Assembly (NCBI GenBank): GCA_963702845.1
Contig: OY969763.1
Location: 390,729-454,728, forward strand
Origin: an uncultured Verrucomicrobiae bacterium
GTDB taxonomy: Bacteria > Verrucomicrobiota > Verrucomicrobiia > Limisphaerales > Palsa-1400
Direction of reading: 5' to 3'
DNA: 64,000 nt
Shown: piece after piece, positions 8,810 to 16,496 of the stretch
How the letters are laid out: each line of letters starts with the position of its first letter
How positions within the stretch are numbered: position 1 is the first letter of the stretch
Notes under the pieces: model-generated
Seen by the model: the letters and a program-made list of their open reading frames with translations, nothing else
The model's database searches: none
What the model was told of the DNA's origin: nothing
Position numbers and translations under genes: made by a program

Positions 8810-8970
8810 AAGAGAAGGAATGGGAAGGAATGAGCAACAATGAGCAACATTTTTGAATTTTTCTCCGGTTTCCGAATTTCGACCCATTGACTCCCAAAAA
8901 GGCGGAGGTAGTGAAAGATAATGTTGTTAATTGCGTGCTATCCGCTCTAGGGATGTCATGATTGACCCTT

Positions 8971-10299
8971 ATGTCATTTCAAGGACTTGGGCTAGATGCG
9001 AAGATTTTGCAGGCGGTTAAAGACGCCGGTTATACTGAGCCGACACCGATTCAAACCGCAGCCATCCCGCCAATCGTCGCGGGACACGATCTCATCGGCA
9101 TCGCCCAGACCGGAACGGGCAAAACGGCGGCGTTCACGCTACCGCTCCTCACCCGGCTGGCGGCGCAGCCTCCGATGCAACGTCGTGCCACGCGCGTGTT
9201 GGTCCTCGCGCCGACGCGTGAACTGGTCGTGCAAATCGACGAGAACGTGCGCGCTTATGGCAAACATTTACCGCTCTCGGTCGCCACGATTTTTGGCGGC
9301 GTCGGCGAACAGCCGCAGATCCGCGCTTTGCGGGCGGGCACAGATATTATCATCGCCTGTCCGGGCCGGTTGCTCGATTTGATGCGCCGACGGTGCGCGG
9401 ATTTTTCGCAGTTGAAAGCGCTGGTGCTGGATGAAGCGGATCGGATGTTGGATATGGGTTTCCTTCCCGATATCAAAAGTATCGTTCAACAATTGCCCAA
9501 GCAGCGTCAGACGCTGATGTTTTCCGCGACGCTTTCGAAGGAAATCGAACGGCTCACGCACGACTTTCAGCACGCGCCGAAGATGGTGCAGATCGGTCGT
9601 CGCTCGAATCCCGCTGAAACGGTGACGCAGCTTGTTTACGAAGTGCCGAAGCACTTGAAGACGTCCTTGCTGTTGCATCTCTTGCGCGAGCCGCAAATGA
9701 ATATGGTGCTGGTGTTCTCGCGCATGAAGCACGCGGCGGATCGCCTTGCGCGACAGTTGGAACAAAACGGCATTCGCACGGCGACGTTGCATTCCAATCG
9801 TTCTCAAAGTCAGCGGTTGCGCGCGTTGAAAGATTTCAAGTGCGGTGCGGTGCGGATTTTGGTTGCGACGGATATCGCCGCGCGCGGCATTGATGTGGAC
9901 GGTATTTCGCACGTGGTGAACTACGATTTTCCGATGCACGTGGAAGATTACGTGCATCGCATCGGCCGCACGGGTCGCGCGAATGCGATTGGCGATGCGA
10001 TTAGTTTCATCACGCCGGAAGACCAAAGCGAATTGCGGGCAGTTGAACGATTTATTGGTCGCGGTATCGTACGCAAAAAGGCTGAAGGATTTAACTACGC
10101 CGGCTCTGCCCCCGCGCGGGAAGCGGGAGACGATGATCGTCGCCCGAGGCACCAGCACGGCGGGCCGAGGCATCAGGGGCAACAGCGCCAAGGCGGGAGC
10201 AATCAGCAGGGTGGTGGACAGCGCCAAGGCGGAGGGAATCAGCAGGGCGGTGGACAGCGGAGAAGCCGGCCTTCTGGCCAGCGGCGTTGGAGAAGATAA
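8971..10299 (+). CDS. rhlE: ATP-dependent DEAD-box RNA helicase, RhlE-like, with Gly/Gln/Arg-rich C-terminal tail
   Basis: Motifs AQTGTGKTAAF (Walker A), DEAD, SAT and HRIGRTGR. The N-terminus MSFQGLGLD...YTEPTPIQ closely resembles E. coli RhlE. The ORF track starts at TTG 8962; ATG 8971 is preferred. Confidence 0.9.
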   Translation: MSFQGLGLDAKILQAVKDAGYTEPTPIQTAAIPPIVAGHDLIGIAQTGTGKTAAFTLPLLTRLAAQPPMQRRATRVLVLAPTRELVVQIDENVRAYGKHLPLSVATIFGGVGEQPQIRALRAGTDIIIACPGRLLDLMRRRCADFSQLKALVLDEADRMLDMGFLPDIKSIVQQLPKQRQTLMFSATLSKEIERLTHDFQHAPKMVQIGRRSNPAETVTQLVYEVPKHLKTSLLLHLLREPQMNMVLVFSRMKHAADRLARQLEQNGIRTATLHSNRSQSQRLRALKDFKCGAVRILVATDIAARGIDVDGISHVVNYDFPMHVEDYVHRIGRTGRANAIGDAISFITPEDQSELRAVERFIGRGIVRKKAEGFNYAGSAPAREAGDDDRRPRHQHGGPRHQGQQRQGGSNQQGGGQRQGGGNQQGGGQRRSRPSGQRRWRR

Positions 10300-10374
10300 T
10301 AGGTTCTCGAACGCCTGAGGTAGACGAAGCCTTCAGAGTTCTCATCGCGCAGAGCAGGCACTATATTGTCGCGA

Positions 10375-13300
10375 ATGTCGTTGGAGCTAACCGAAAAACT
10401 GCTGAGTGACGCCGCAGGCTGGGACGTGATGAAACACGCCCGCGCCTACCTGTCTCAAGGGCAGGTGGTCAGTTCGTTTTGGGAAGCACCGCTGCTACGC
10501 GGTGTGGTGCAAGCCGGCGAATTATCGGTTCGGGCTTCGATGGTGATCAAGAGCGCCAGCGATATTGAAAATCTTTGCACCTGTCGAGAGGCGCGCGAAT
10601 GGGGCAAAATCTGCGCGCACGGTGTTGCGGTCGGTTTGCATTGGCTCAAGGCGCAGAGGGGAGAGGTCATTGCCCCGGAATCCGCTGCAAAGCCAGCAAC
10701 TACGAAGGCCAAAAAAACTCCGTCTTTGTTGCGAGCCGACGACGGCGAGCCTACGGAATTGTTTTTTGTTTTACCGCCAAATTTCGACCAGGCCGCAGCC
10801 CGCGGGCGAATCATGCTCGTCGTTGAAGGCAAATGGAGCGGTGGTCGTTGCCCGCTGAACGCGTTGCCGAAAGGTCGCCGATACGCTTTCTCGGAACAGG
10901 ACAATACAGTTCTCGACGCTTTGGAAGAATTTACCGGCGGCGAAACTCCGGCGGTCCTGCAGTTGGAAGTGAAAGATTTCACAGCACTCCTTCCCACTCT
11001 GGCAGCGCATCCAAGAATCGCGCTTGGCAAATCGAGCGAAGTCGTCGTTAGCAAAGTGCCGTTTGTTTTGCCTTTGCGCGCGACGTTGCAGGCCAATGGC
11101 GAAATCGTGCTCGCGTTGAAAGAAAAAGCAGGTGGAGTCGCAATGATCGGCGATTGGGGTTGGTGCAACTCGACGCTCCAGCCACTAGCACTGCCGCCCG
11201 GGTTGAAGGAAATCGTCCGTGGTCCCTTGCGAATCGCACGGTTGCAAGTGCCCGCGTTTCTCAATCAACAGTGGCCGCAATTGCAGGCGTCCGGTGCTGC
11301 CGAAGCGAATTTTAAACTGGAGGATTTCACCGTAGGACCGCAAACGCCTCGGTTCCTCCTGGAACTGCGCGGAGGACTTGCCCAACTCGGTGCAAGACTG
11401 CAGTGCGCGTATGGTTCGCGTATCATGACTGTCGGGGTAACGACCGACGATGTTTGGATGCCCGATCCGGAAATTCCAACAAGTTACGCAATGCGCGACG
11501 TTGGTGCGGAGCGGACGGCGCTGGCACGATTGCAGCGTCATGGGTTTTCGGCGCCGGATAGCTTCGGCAAGATGCAGTTGCTGGGACAGAATGCAGTTTT
11601 GAATTTTCTCGCGCGTGAGTTTCCGCGTCTGCAACGCGAATGGACGGTGACGTTGGATGAACACCTTGAGAACCGAACGTTGCGGAATATCGAACGGGTC
11701 GAGCCGCAATTTCAAATCACGCCATCGGGTGTGCAATGGTTTGATCTCGGCGTCGTGTTTGCCACCAGCAGCGGTGAGACTTTTTCAGCGGCGGAAATTC
11801 AGCGACTGATTCTTTCCGGCCAAAGCCATACGCGATCCAAGAGTGGTAAGACGGTCGTGATTGATACTGGTGCGGTCGAGGAAATGCAGGAGGTGCTGCT
11901 CGATTGCGCTCCGCAGCAACATGCGCAGGGCTATCGGATGAGCAACACGCAGGCGGGTTTTCTCGAAGCGACTTTGCGCAAGCATACGAGCTGGAAGGTG
12001 GAAGCGCCGACGGAATGGCGCGATCGTGCGGCGCGCCAGAGCGGCGAAGCGAAATTGGATTGTCCGCCGCTGGGGAATCTGGAATCGGTGCTGCGGCCTT
12101 ATCAGAAGCATGGCGTGGCGTGGCTTCAATTTCTGCGCGAGAACGGTTTTGGCGGCATCCTGGCCGATGAAATGGGATTGGGAAAAACGCTACAGACGCT
12201 TGCCTTCCTGCGGTTCGTGCGAGAGAAAAATCCGACAGCAGCACCGATGCTCATCGTTTGCCCGACGAGTTTAGTTTTCAATTGGATGGCCGAAGCGAAG
12301 AAGTTTACGCCGGAACTGAAGATGTTAGCTTTGCACGGCCCCAATCGTCATCCGTTGTTCGACCAAATTTCGCAAAGCGACATCGTCGTAACAAGCTATG
12401 CGCTGGCGCGGCGCGATGCGGAGCGTTATCGCGATTTCGAATTCGACACGGTTGTTCTGGACGAAGCGCAGCACATCAAGAACCGAGAAACGCAAAATGC
12501 TCAGGCTGTCAAAGCGGTGAAGTCGACCCACCGGCTCGTGCTCACCGGCACGCCGTTGGAAAATTCGGTGTTGGATTTGTGGTCTGTCTTTGACTTTCTC
12601 ATGCCCGGTTATCTTGGTGGCGCAAAAGACTTCCGCGAGCGCTACGAAATTCCTATTACCAAGTCGAAAGATGCGGCGGCGCAACAGCTTCTCTCGCGGC
12701 GGTTGCGGCCGTTCCTGCTACGACGACTGAAAAAGGAGGTCGCGGCTGATCTGCCTGCGAAGATCGAGCAAGTGTCGTTTTGCGAGCTCACGCCGGAACA
12801 GCGCGGGGTTTACCAACAGGTCATCGAAGCGAGTCGCAAGGAAGTGCTGGAGGCTGTCGGCGCGCAGGGACTGGCGAAGAGTCGGATGGTCGTGCTGACG
12901 GCACTGCTCCGGTTGCGTCAGGTCTGTTGCGATTTGCGATTGCTGAAACTGGAAAACGTGAATGCGGCGACTGCATCGAGCAAGCTGGAGATGTTCGGCG
13001 AGTTGCTGGAGGAGGTCATTGACGGTGGGCACCGCGTGTTGGTGTTCAGCCAATTCGTAACGATGCTCGGTTTGTTAAAAGAACGGCTCGCGTCCGAGGG
13101 CATTGAATATTGTTACCTTGATGGCTCGACGACCAATCGCGCGGCGGTCGTGTCACAATTTCAAACGAACGCCGCCATTCCTGTGTTTCTCATCAGCTTA
13201 AAAGCCGGTGGCGTAGGTTTGAATCTGACCGGCGCCGATACGGTGATTCACTTCGACCCCTGGTGGAATCCGGCTGTGGAAGACCAGGCGACAGATCGTG

Positions 13301-13482
13301 CACATCGCATTGGACAAACCAAAGTTGTGACGAGCTACAAATTGATCACGCGCGATACGGTCGAGGAGAAAATGCTCACGTTGCAAAACCGCAAGAGGGA
13401 GATCATTCAATCGACGATTGGTGGCGAAGAAGAATTTGCCGCCGCCTTGAACTGGGACGAGATCCAGGAATTGTTGGCGTAA
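10375..13482 (+). CDS. SNF2-family DNA-dependent ATPase/helicase with N-terminal SWIM zinc finger
   Basis: SWIM motif CTCREAREWGKICAHG (CxC...CxH). SNF2 motifs LADEMGLGKT and DEAQHIKN. Helicase C-terminal motifs (GGVGLNLTGADTVIHFDPWWNP, DRAHRIGQ). The ORF is open from TTG 10366; ATG 10375 is preferred. Confidence 0.9.
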   Translation: MSLELTEKLLSDAAGWDVMKHARAYLSQGQVVSSFWEAPLLRGVVQAGELSVRASMVIKSASDIENLCTCREAREWGKICAHGVAVGLHWLKAQRGEVIAPESAAKPATTKAKKTPSLLRADDGEPTELFFVLPPNFDQAAARGRIMLVVEGKWSGGRCPLNALPKGRRYAFSEQDNTVLDALEEFTGGETPAVLQLEVKDFTALLPTLAAHPRIALGKSSEVVVSKVPFVLPLRATLQANGEIVLALKEKAGGVAMIGDWGWCNSTLQPLALPPGLKEIVRGPLRIARLQVPAFLNQQWPQLQASGAAEANFKLEDFTVGPQTPRFLLELRGGLAQLGARLQCAYGSRIMTVGVTTDDVWMPDPEIPTSYAMRDVGAERTALARLQRHGFSAPDSFGKMQLLGQNAVLNFLAREFPRLQREWTVTLDEHLENRTLRNIERVEPQFQITPSGVQWFDLGVVFATSSGETFSAAEIQRLILSGQSHTRSKSGKTVVIDTGAVEEMQEVLLDCAPQQHAQGYRMSNTQAGFLEATLRKHTSWKVEAPTEWRDRAARQSGEAKLDCPPLGNLESVLRPYQKHGVAWLQFLRENGFGGILADEMGLGKTLQTLAFLRFVREKNPTAAPMLIVCPTSLVFNWMAEAKKFTPELKMLALHGPNRHPLFDQISQSDIVVTSYALARRDAERYRDFEFDTVVLDEAQHIKNRETQNAQAVKAVKSTHRLVLTGTPLENSVLDLWSVFDFLMPGYLGGAKDFRERYEIPITKSKDAAAQQLLSRRLRPFLLRRLKKEVAADLPAKIEQVSFCELTPEQRGVYQQVIEASRKEVLEAVGAQGLAKSRMVVLTALLRLRQVCCDLRLLKLENVNAATASSKLEMFGELLEEVIDGGHRVLVFSQFVTMLGLLKERLASEGIEYCYLDGSTTNRAAVVSQFQTNAAIPVFLISLKAGGVGLNLTGADTVIHFDPWWNPAVEDQATDRAHRIGQTKVVTSYKLITRDTVEEKMLTLQNRKREIIQSTIGGEEEFAAALNWDEIQELLA

Positions 13483-13874
13483 TGCGAGGCCGAAGATTGC
13501 GTCAATCCGCAGAACTGCCGTAAGCGCAACGCAATTTGGTGCGCCTGCGCGATCAACTCAGAGGCGCATTCAGGAGTGAGCCACTGACGGCAATTGGCTT
13601 CCCATAGACTAAGCCAGGCGGTGAAGTGTTCTTCGCGCAATCCCAATGGAATATGCCGCATCGGCATGCCGCCAGCGTATCTTGCAGGGCCACCTGTGAC
13701 TTGCGTCCAGAACTTCGCAATCTTTTCGATGTGTTCGGGCCAGTTCTCGATTTTGCTGTTAAAAATGGGACCGAGAAGCTGATGTTGGCGAACGTCAGCA
13801 TAGAAGTGCCTCAGCAATTGCTCAATCGTCTGCCGTCCACCAAGTCTCTCAAATAATACCGAGGTCTCTTCCAT
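13407..13874 (-). CDS. Truncated haemoglobin (2-on-2 globin, group II/III-like)
   Basis: The N-terminus LFERLGGRQTIEQLLRHFYADV...LGPIF is the typical trHb opening. About 155 aa. Its 3' end overlaps the convergent SNF2 gene by about 75 nt. Confidence 0.7.
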   Translation of the reverse strand: MEETSVLFERLGGRQTIEQLLRHFYADVRQHQLLGPIFNSKIENWPEHIEKIAKFWTQVTGGPARYAGGMPMRHIPLGLREEHFTAWLSLWEANCRQWLTPECASELIAQAHQIALRLRQFCGLTQSSASHYANNSWISSQFKAAANSSSPPIVD

Positions 13875-13875
13875 C

Positions 13876-13903
13876 AATATTTATCATTAATACATCAAAT
13901 ATT
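13876..13903. promoter_or_regulatory. Candidate operator: AT-rich inverted repeat AATATTT-N14-AAATATT at the globin start, in the globin/ytfE divergent region
   Basis: A perfect 7-bp inverted repeat is seen in the sequence. Assigning it to the Rrf2/NsrR-like regulator encoded 0.9 kb away is speculative. Confidence 0.2.
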
Positions 13904-14068
13904 GGGGCAACGCGAGTTTGGGTTAAGCGGGAATCCCATTAACCGTCGCATTTCATAATTCTCACACTTCGCGCAATAAACGGTTAGCTCTTCGCAAGAG
14001 CGGTGTATCGCCATTTCCCGAGGCGAACGACTCTAATTCAAGAATTAAAGACAGTTATTTCTTTATTT

Positions 14069-14797
14069 ATGAGTCACAAAGCAAACGTCTTCTCTGCACC
14101 GGGAACTCCGGTTGAACAACGCACCGTTGGTGAACTGGTCGCTGAACGCCCGGGGCGCTCGCGGATTTTCCAACAGCACCAAATCGATTTCTGCTGCCAG
14201 GGCGGCTTGAAACTGCAGGATGCTTGCACCCGCAAAGGCGTGCCGGTCCAAACAATCGTCGAGCAGCTCGAAGCCGAAGCTGCGCAAAAGGTCGAAGGTG
14301 AAAACCCGGCGACGTTGCCCCTGCACGAGTTGACCGGCTACATCGTCGGCAAGCATCACGAATTTTTGAAACGCGAGTTGCCGCGCCTGTCGCAGATGTC
14401 GGCGCGCGTCGCGAAAGTTCACGGCGACCATACCCCGTCGCTCGTCGAAATGGCTCATGTCTATCAAGGCATGTCCGAGGAACTCTCGAGCCACATAATG
14501 AAGGAGGAGCAGATTCTTTTTCCCGCCATCGAGTCGCTCAGCACCAGTCGTGCAAAAGCTTTTCCGCTCGATGGGCCGATCGCGTGCATGCTCCACGAGC
14601 ATGACGATGCCGGCGCGGCGTTGAAACGTCTCCGTGAGTTGTCACACGGATTCGTTCCGCCGCCGGAGGCTTGTAACACGTATCGCGCGCTGTTCGCCGG
14701 GCTCGCAGATCTCGAAGAAGATTTGCACACGCACATCCACCTCGAGAACGCGGTGTTGTTTCCGGCCGCACAAGCGCTGGTCCAAGCCAACAACTGA
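14069..14797 (+). CDS. ytfE: Iron-sulfur cluster repair di-iron protein (RIC/YtfE/ScdA family)
   Basis: ScdA_N motif QIDFCCQGG. Hemerythrin-like His/Glu motifs (HHEFLKRE, HIMKEEQILFP, HEHDDAG, HIHLENAVLFP). ATG at 14069 gives 242 aa; the track start at 14003 is probably too long. Confidence 0.85.
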   Translation: MSHKANVFSAPGTPVEQRTVGELVAERPGRSRIFQQHQIDFCCQGGLKLQDACTRKGVPVQTIVEQLEAEAAQKVEGENPATLPLHELTGYIVGKHHEFLKRELPRLSQMSARVAKVHGDHTPSLVEMAHVYQGMSEELSSHIMKEEQILFPAIESLSTSRAKAFPLDGPIACMLHEHDDAGAALKRLRELSHGFVPPPEACNTYRALFAGLADLEEDLHTHIHLENAVLFPAAQALVQANN

Positions 14798-14804
14798 GGT
14801 CGCT

Positions 14805-15260
14805 ATGTTCGCTTACGGTCAAACTTCCGCCAATGCCATCGCGGTGATGAGTTATCTCGCCGCGGTGCCGGGCCGTCGCGCGGGCTCGGGGGAGATCGCC
14901 GAAGCTCGTGGGATTTCGCAAGCGCTGACCGGCAAGTTGCTGACGCAATTGTCGGCGGCGGGGTTGGTCGATGGGCAACCTGGACCGAATGGCGGATACA
15001 CGTTGGCGAAGAAGGCTGAAGACATTTCGTTGTGGGCGATCGCCTCGCTGTTTGAACAACTCGATCCGCCGACGCTGTGCGCGTTCGGACGCGGTTGGTG
15101 CGGAAATGGTGATCCGTGCCCGCTCCACGACAAAATCCACGCCATGGTGGAAGATAACCGGCGCTTCATGGAAGGAACACGGCTCTCGGTCTTCCTCGGG
15201 CACGAGAAGAATTTTAAATCGATATCGGAACAACGGGACGAAGTTTTAAATCCTAAATAG
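14805..15260 (+). CDS. nsrR: Rrf2-family transcriptional regulator, NsrR-like (NO-sensing [Fe-S] repressor type)
   Basis: Rrf2 wHTH N-terminus (SANAIAVMSYLA...GEIAEARGISQALTGKLLTQL) and three clustered Cys (LCAFGRGWCGNGDPCPLH). 151 aa from ATG 14805. The longer track ORF (14634) overlaps ytfE. Confidence 0.75.
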   Translation: MFAYGQTSANAIAVMSYLAAVPGRRAGSGEIAEARGISQALTGKLLTQLSAAGLVDGQPGPNGGYTLAKKAEDISLWAIASLFEQLDPPTLCAFGRGWCGNGDPCPLHDKIHAMVEDNRRFMEGTRLSVFLGHEKNFKSISEQRDEVLNPK

Positions 15261-15262
15261 CT

Positions 15263-16477
15263 ATGAAGAAGATGATGCTATGTTCGCTCGCTGCTGCGGT
15301 TTTGATGGCGGTTGGTTGCGGTGAACAAAAATCCAACAACCAACAATCGGCGACTGCGGCGAGGAATGAAGCAGCTCCCGCGCAACCAGCGGTGACGTTT
15401 TCCGATTTTCAAGTGCCGGCCAAACCGGAAGTGAATCCCGCGTTGGTGGGGCATGGTAAAGAAGTTTATCAAAAAAATTGTGCCGCCTGTCACGGGGACA
15501 AGGGCGACGGCCACGGGATTTGCAGCGCATTTTTGCTGCCGCCACCGCGTGACTTTACCCGGGCTCAATATCGGTTGCGCTCGACGGAAACCGGAAAGTT
15601 GCCGACCGACGAAGATCTTTTCCGCGCAGTGTCCCTTGGTTTGTCTGGCACGCCGATGCCTCCCTGGCGGTTCATGTTGAATGAGACCGACCGTTGGTCA
15701 GTGGTTGAATACGTGAAAACATTTTCGCCACGGTTCGCCGGGATTGAAGCGAAGCCATTGGTCGACCTCGGTAAAGCACCGGAACGCAATGACACCGCGA
15801 TCAATCAAGGCAAAGTGCTTTACGCGAAGATGCAGTGCGCAAGTTGCCATGGAGAAAAAGGGCAGGGTGATGGTCCGTCAGCGTTCTCGTTGAAAGACGA
15901 TGCTGGGAACAAAATTGCGGCGCGGGACTTTTCCAAACCGAGCGGATTTAAAGCCGGCTACGCCACAAAGGAGATCGTGCGCGGTTTCCTGACCGGCTTC
16001 AACGGCACGCCGATGCCGAGCTTTGAAAGCAGCTTGAGCAAAGAGGATGCATGGAAGCTGGCCTACTACGTTGAAACATTGGTGAAAGCGCCGAATACGC
16101 CGGACGCGCGTGTATCTCAGAACTTCCTGCATCGCGAACAACTCGGGGCCCCAGACGTTAAAGTGAAATTGACCGAGCGCGCCTGGCAATTCGACCCGAA
16201 CGAAATTCACGTCAAAAAAGGCCAGGTCGTCGAAGTGACTTTCGAACCGACCGACAACGGCCTCGGCGTTGGACATGGTTTTGCGATCAGCAGCTATGAC
16301 GAAAATGCATTCATGAATGGCGCAATGGTTGGCGCGCCGAAGACGGTGAAATTCCGTGCCGACCGTGCCGGCCGATTCATCTTCTACTGCTCGACGCAGT
16401 GCTCCACCGACAAGCTCCATCCGCTGATGAACGGCACGTTGATCGTGGATGACGACATCAAAACCGCCAGCCGGTAA
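15263..16477 (+). CDS. Lipoprotein-type dihaem cytochrome c fused to a C-terminal cupredoxin domain with a CuA-like ligand pattern
   Basis: Lipobox LMAVGC. Two CxxCH motifs (CAACHG, CASCHG). C-terminal GHGF...YCSTQCSTDKLHPLM follows the pattern H...CxxxC-x5-H-x2-M. Sits immediately upstream of nosZ. Confidence 0.8.
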   Translation: MKKMMLCSLAAAVLMAVGCGEQKSNNQQSATAARNEAAPAQPAVTFSDFQVPAKPEVNPALVGHGKEVYQKNCAACHGDKGDGHGICSAFLLPPPRDFTRAQYRLRSTETGKLPTDEDLFRAVSLGLSGTPMPPWRFMLNETDRWSVVEYVKTFSPRFAGIEAKPLVDLGKAPERNDTAINQGKVLYAKMQCASCHGEKGQGDGPSAFSLKDDAGNKIAARDFSKPSGFKAGYATKEIVRGFLTGFNGTPMPSFESSLSKEDAWKLAYYVETLVKAPNTPDARVSQNFLHREQLGAPDVKVKLTERAWQFDPNEIHVKKGQVVEVTFEPTDNGLGVGHGFAISSYDENAFMNGAMVGAPKTVKFRADRAGRFIFYCSTQCSTDKLHPLMNGTLIVDDDIKTASR

Positions 16478-16496
16478 CCCAATAGAATTTACTGAC

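Noticed and set aside
8425-8897. Several 60-98 aa ORFs on both strands in the 8.2-8.96 kb intergenic region.
   Set aside because: The translations are dominated by repeat-derived text (FSKVSPTLLRSFSMFLQ...). There are no starts with plausible RBS and the ORFs mutually overlap, so the region is treated as non-coding leader.
9268-10227. 319-aa minus-strand ORF inside the DEAD-box helicase gene. Similar antisense ORFs occur at 1715-2584, 2681-3610, 35037-35909, 36406-37233, 48144-48989 and 53648-54493.
   Set aside because: All are fully contained in the opposite strand of genes with strong family motifs. They have Arg-rich, motif-free translations.
16449-16496. Longer N-terminal extensions offered by the ORF track for nosZ (16449), nsrR (14634), ytfE (14003), nosB-like (18274) and Sco (23401).
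   Set aside because: The extensions overlap the preceding gene and precede a clean signal peptide or family-typical N-terminus. Internal ATG starts give typical lengths.
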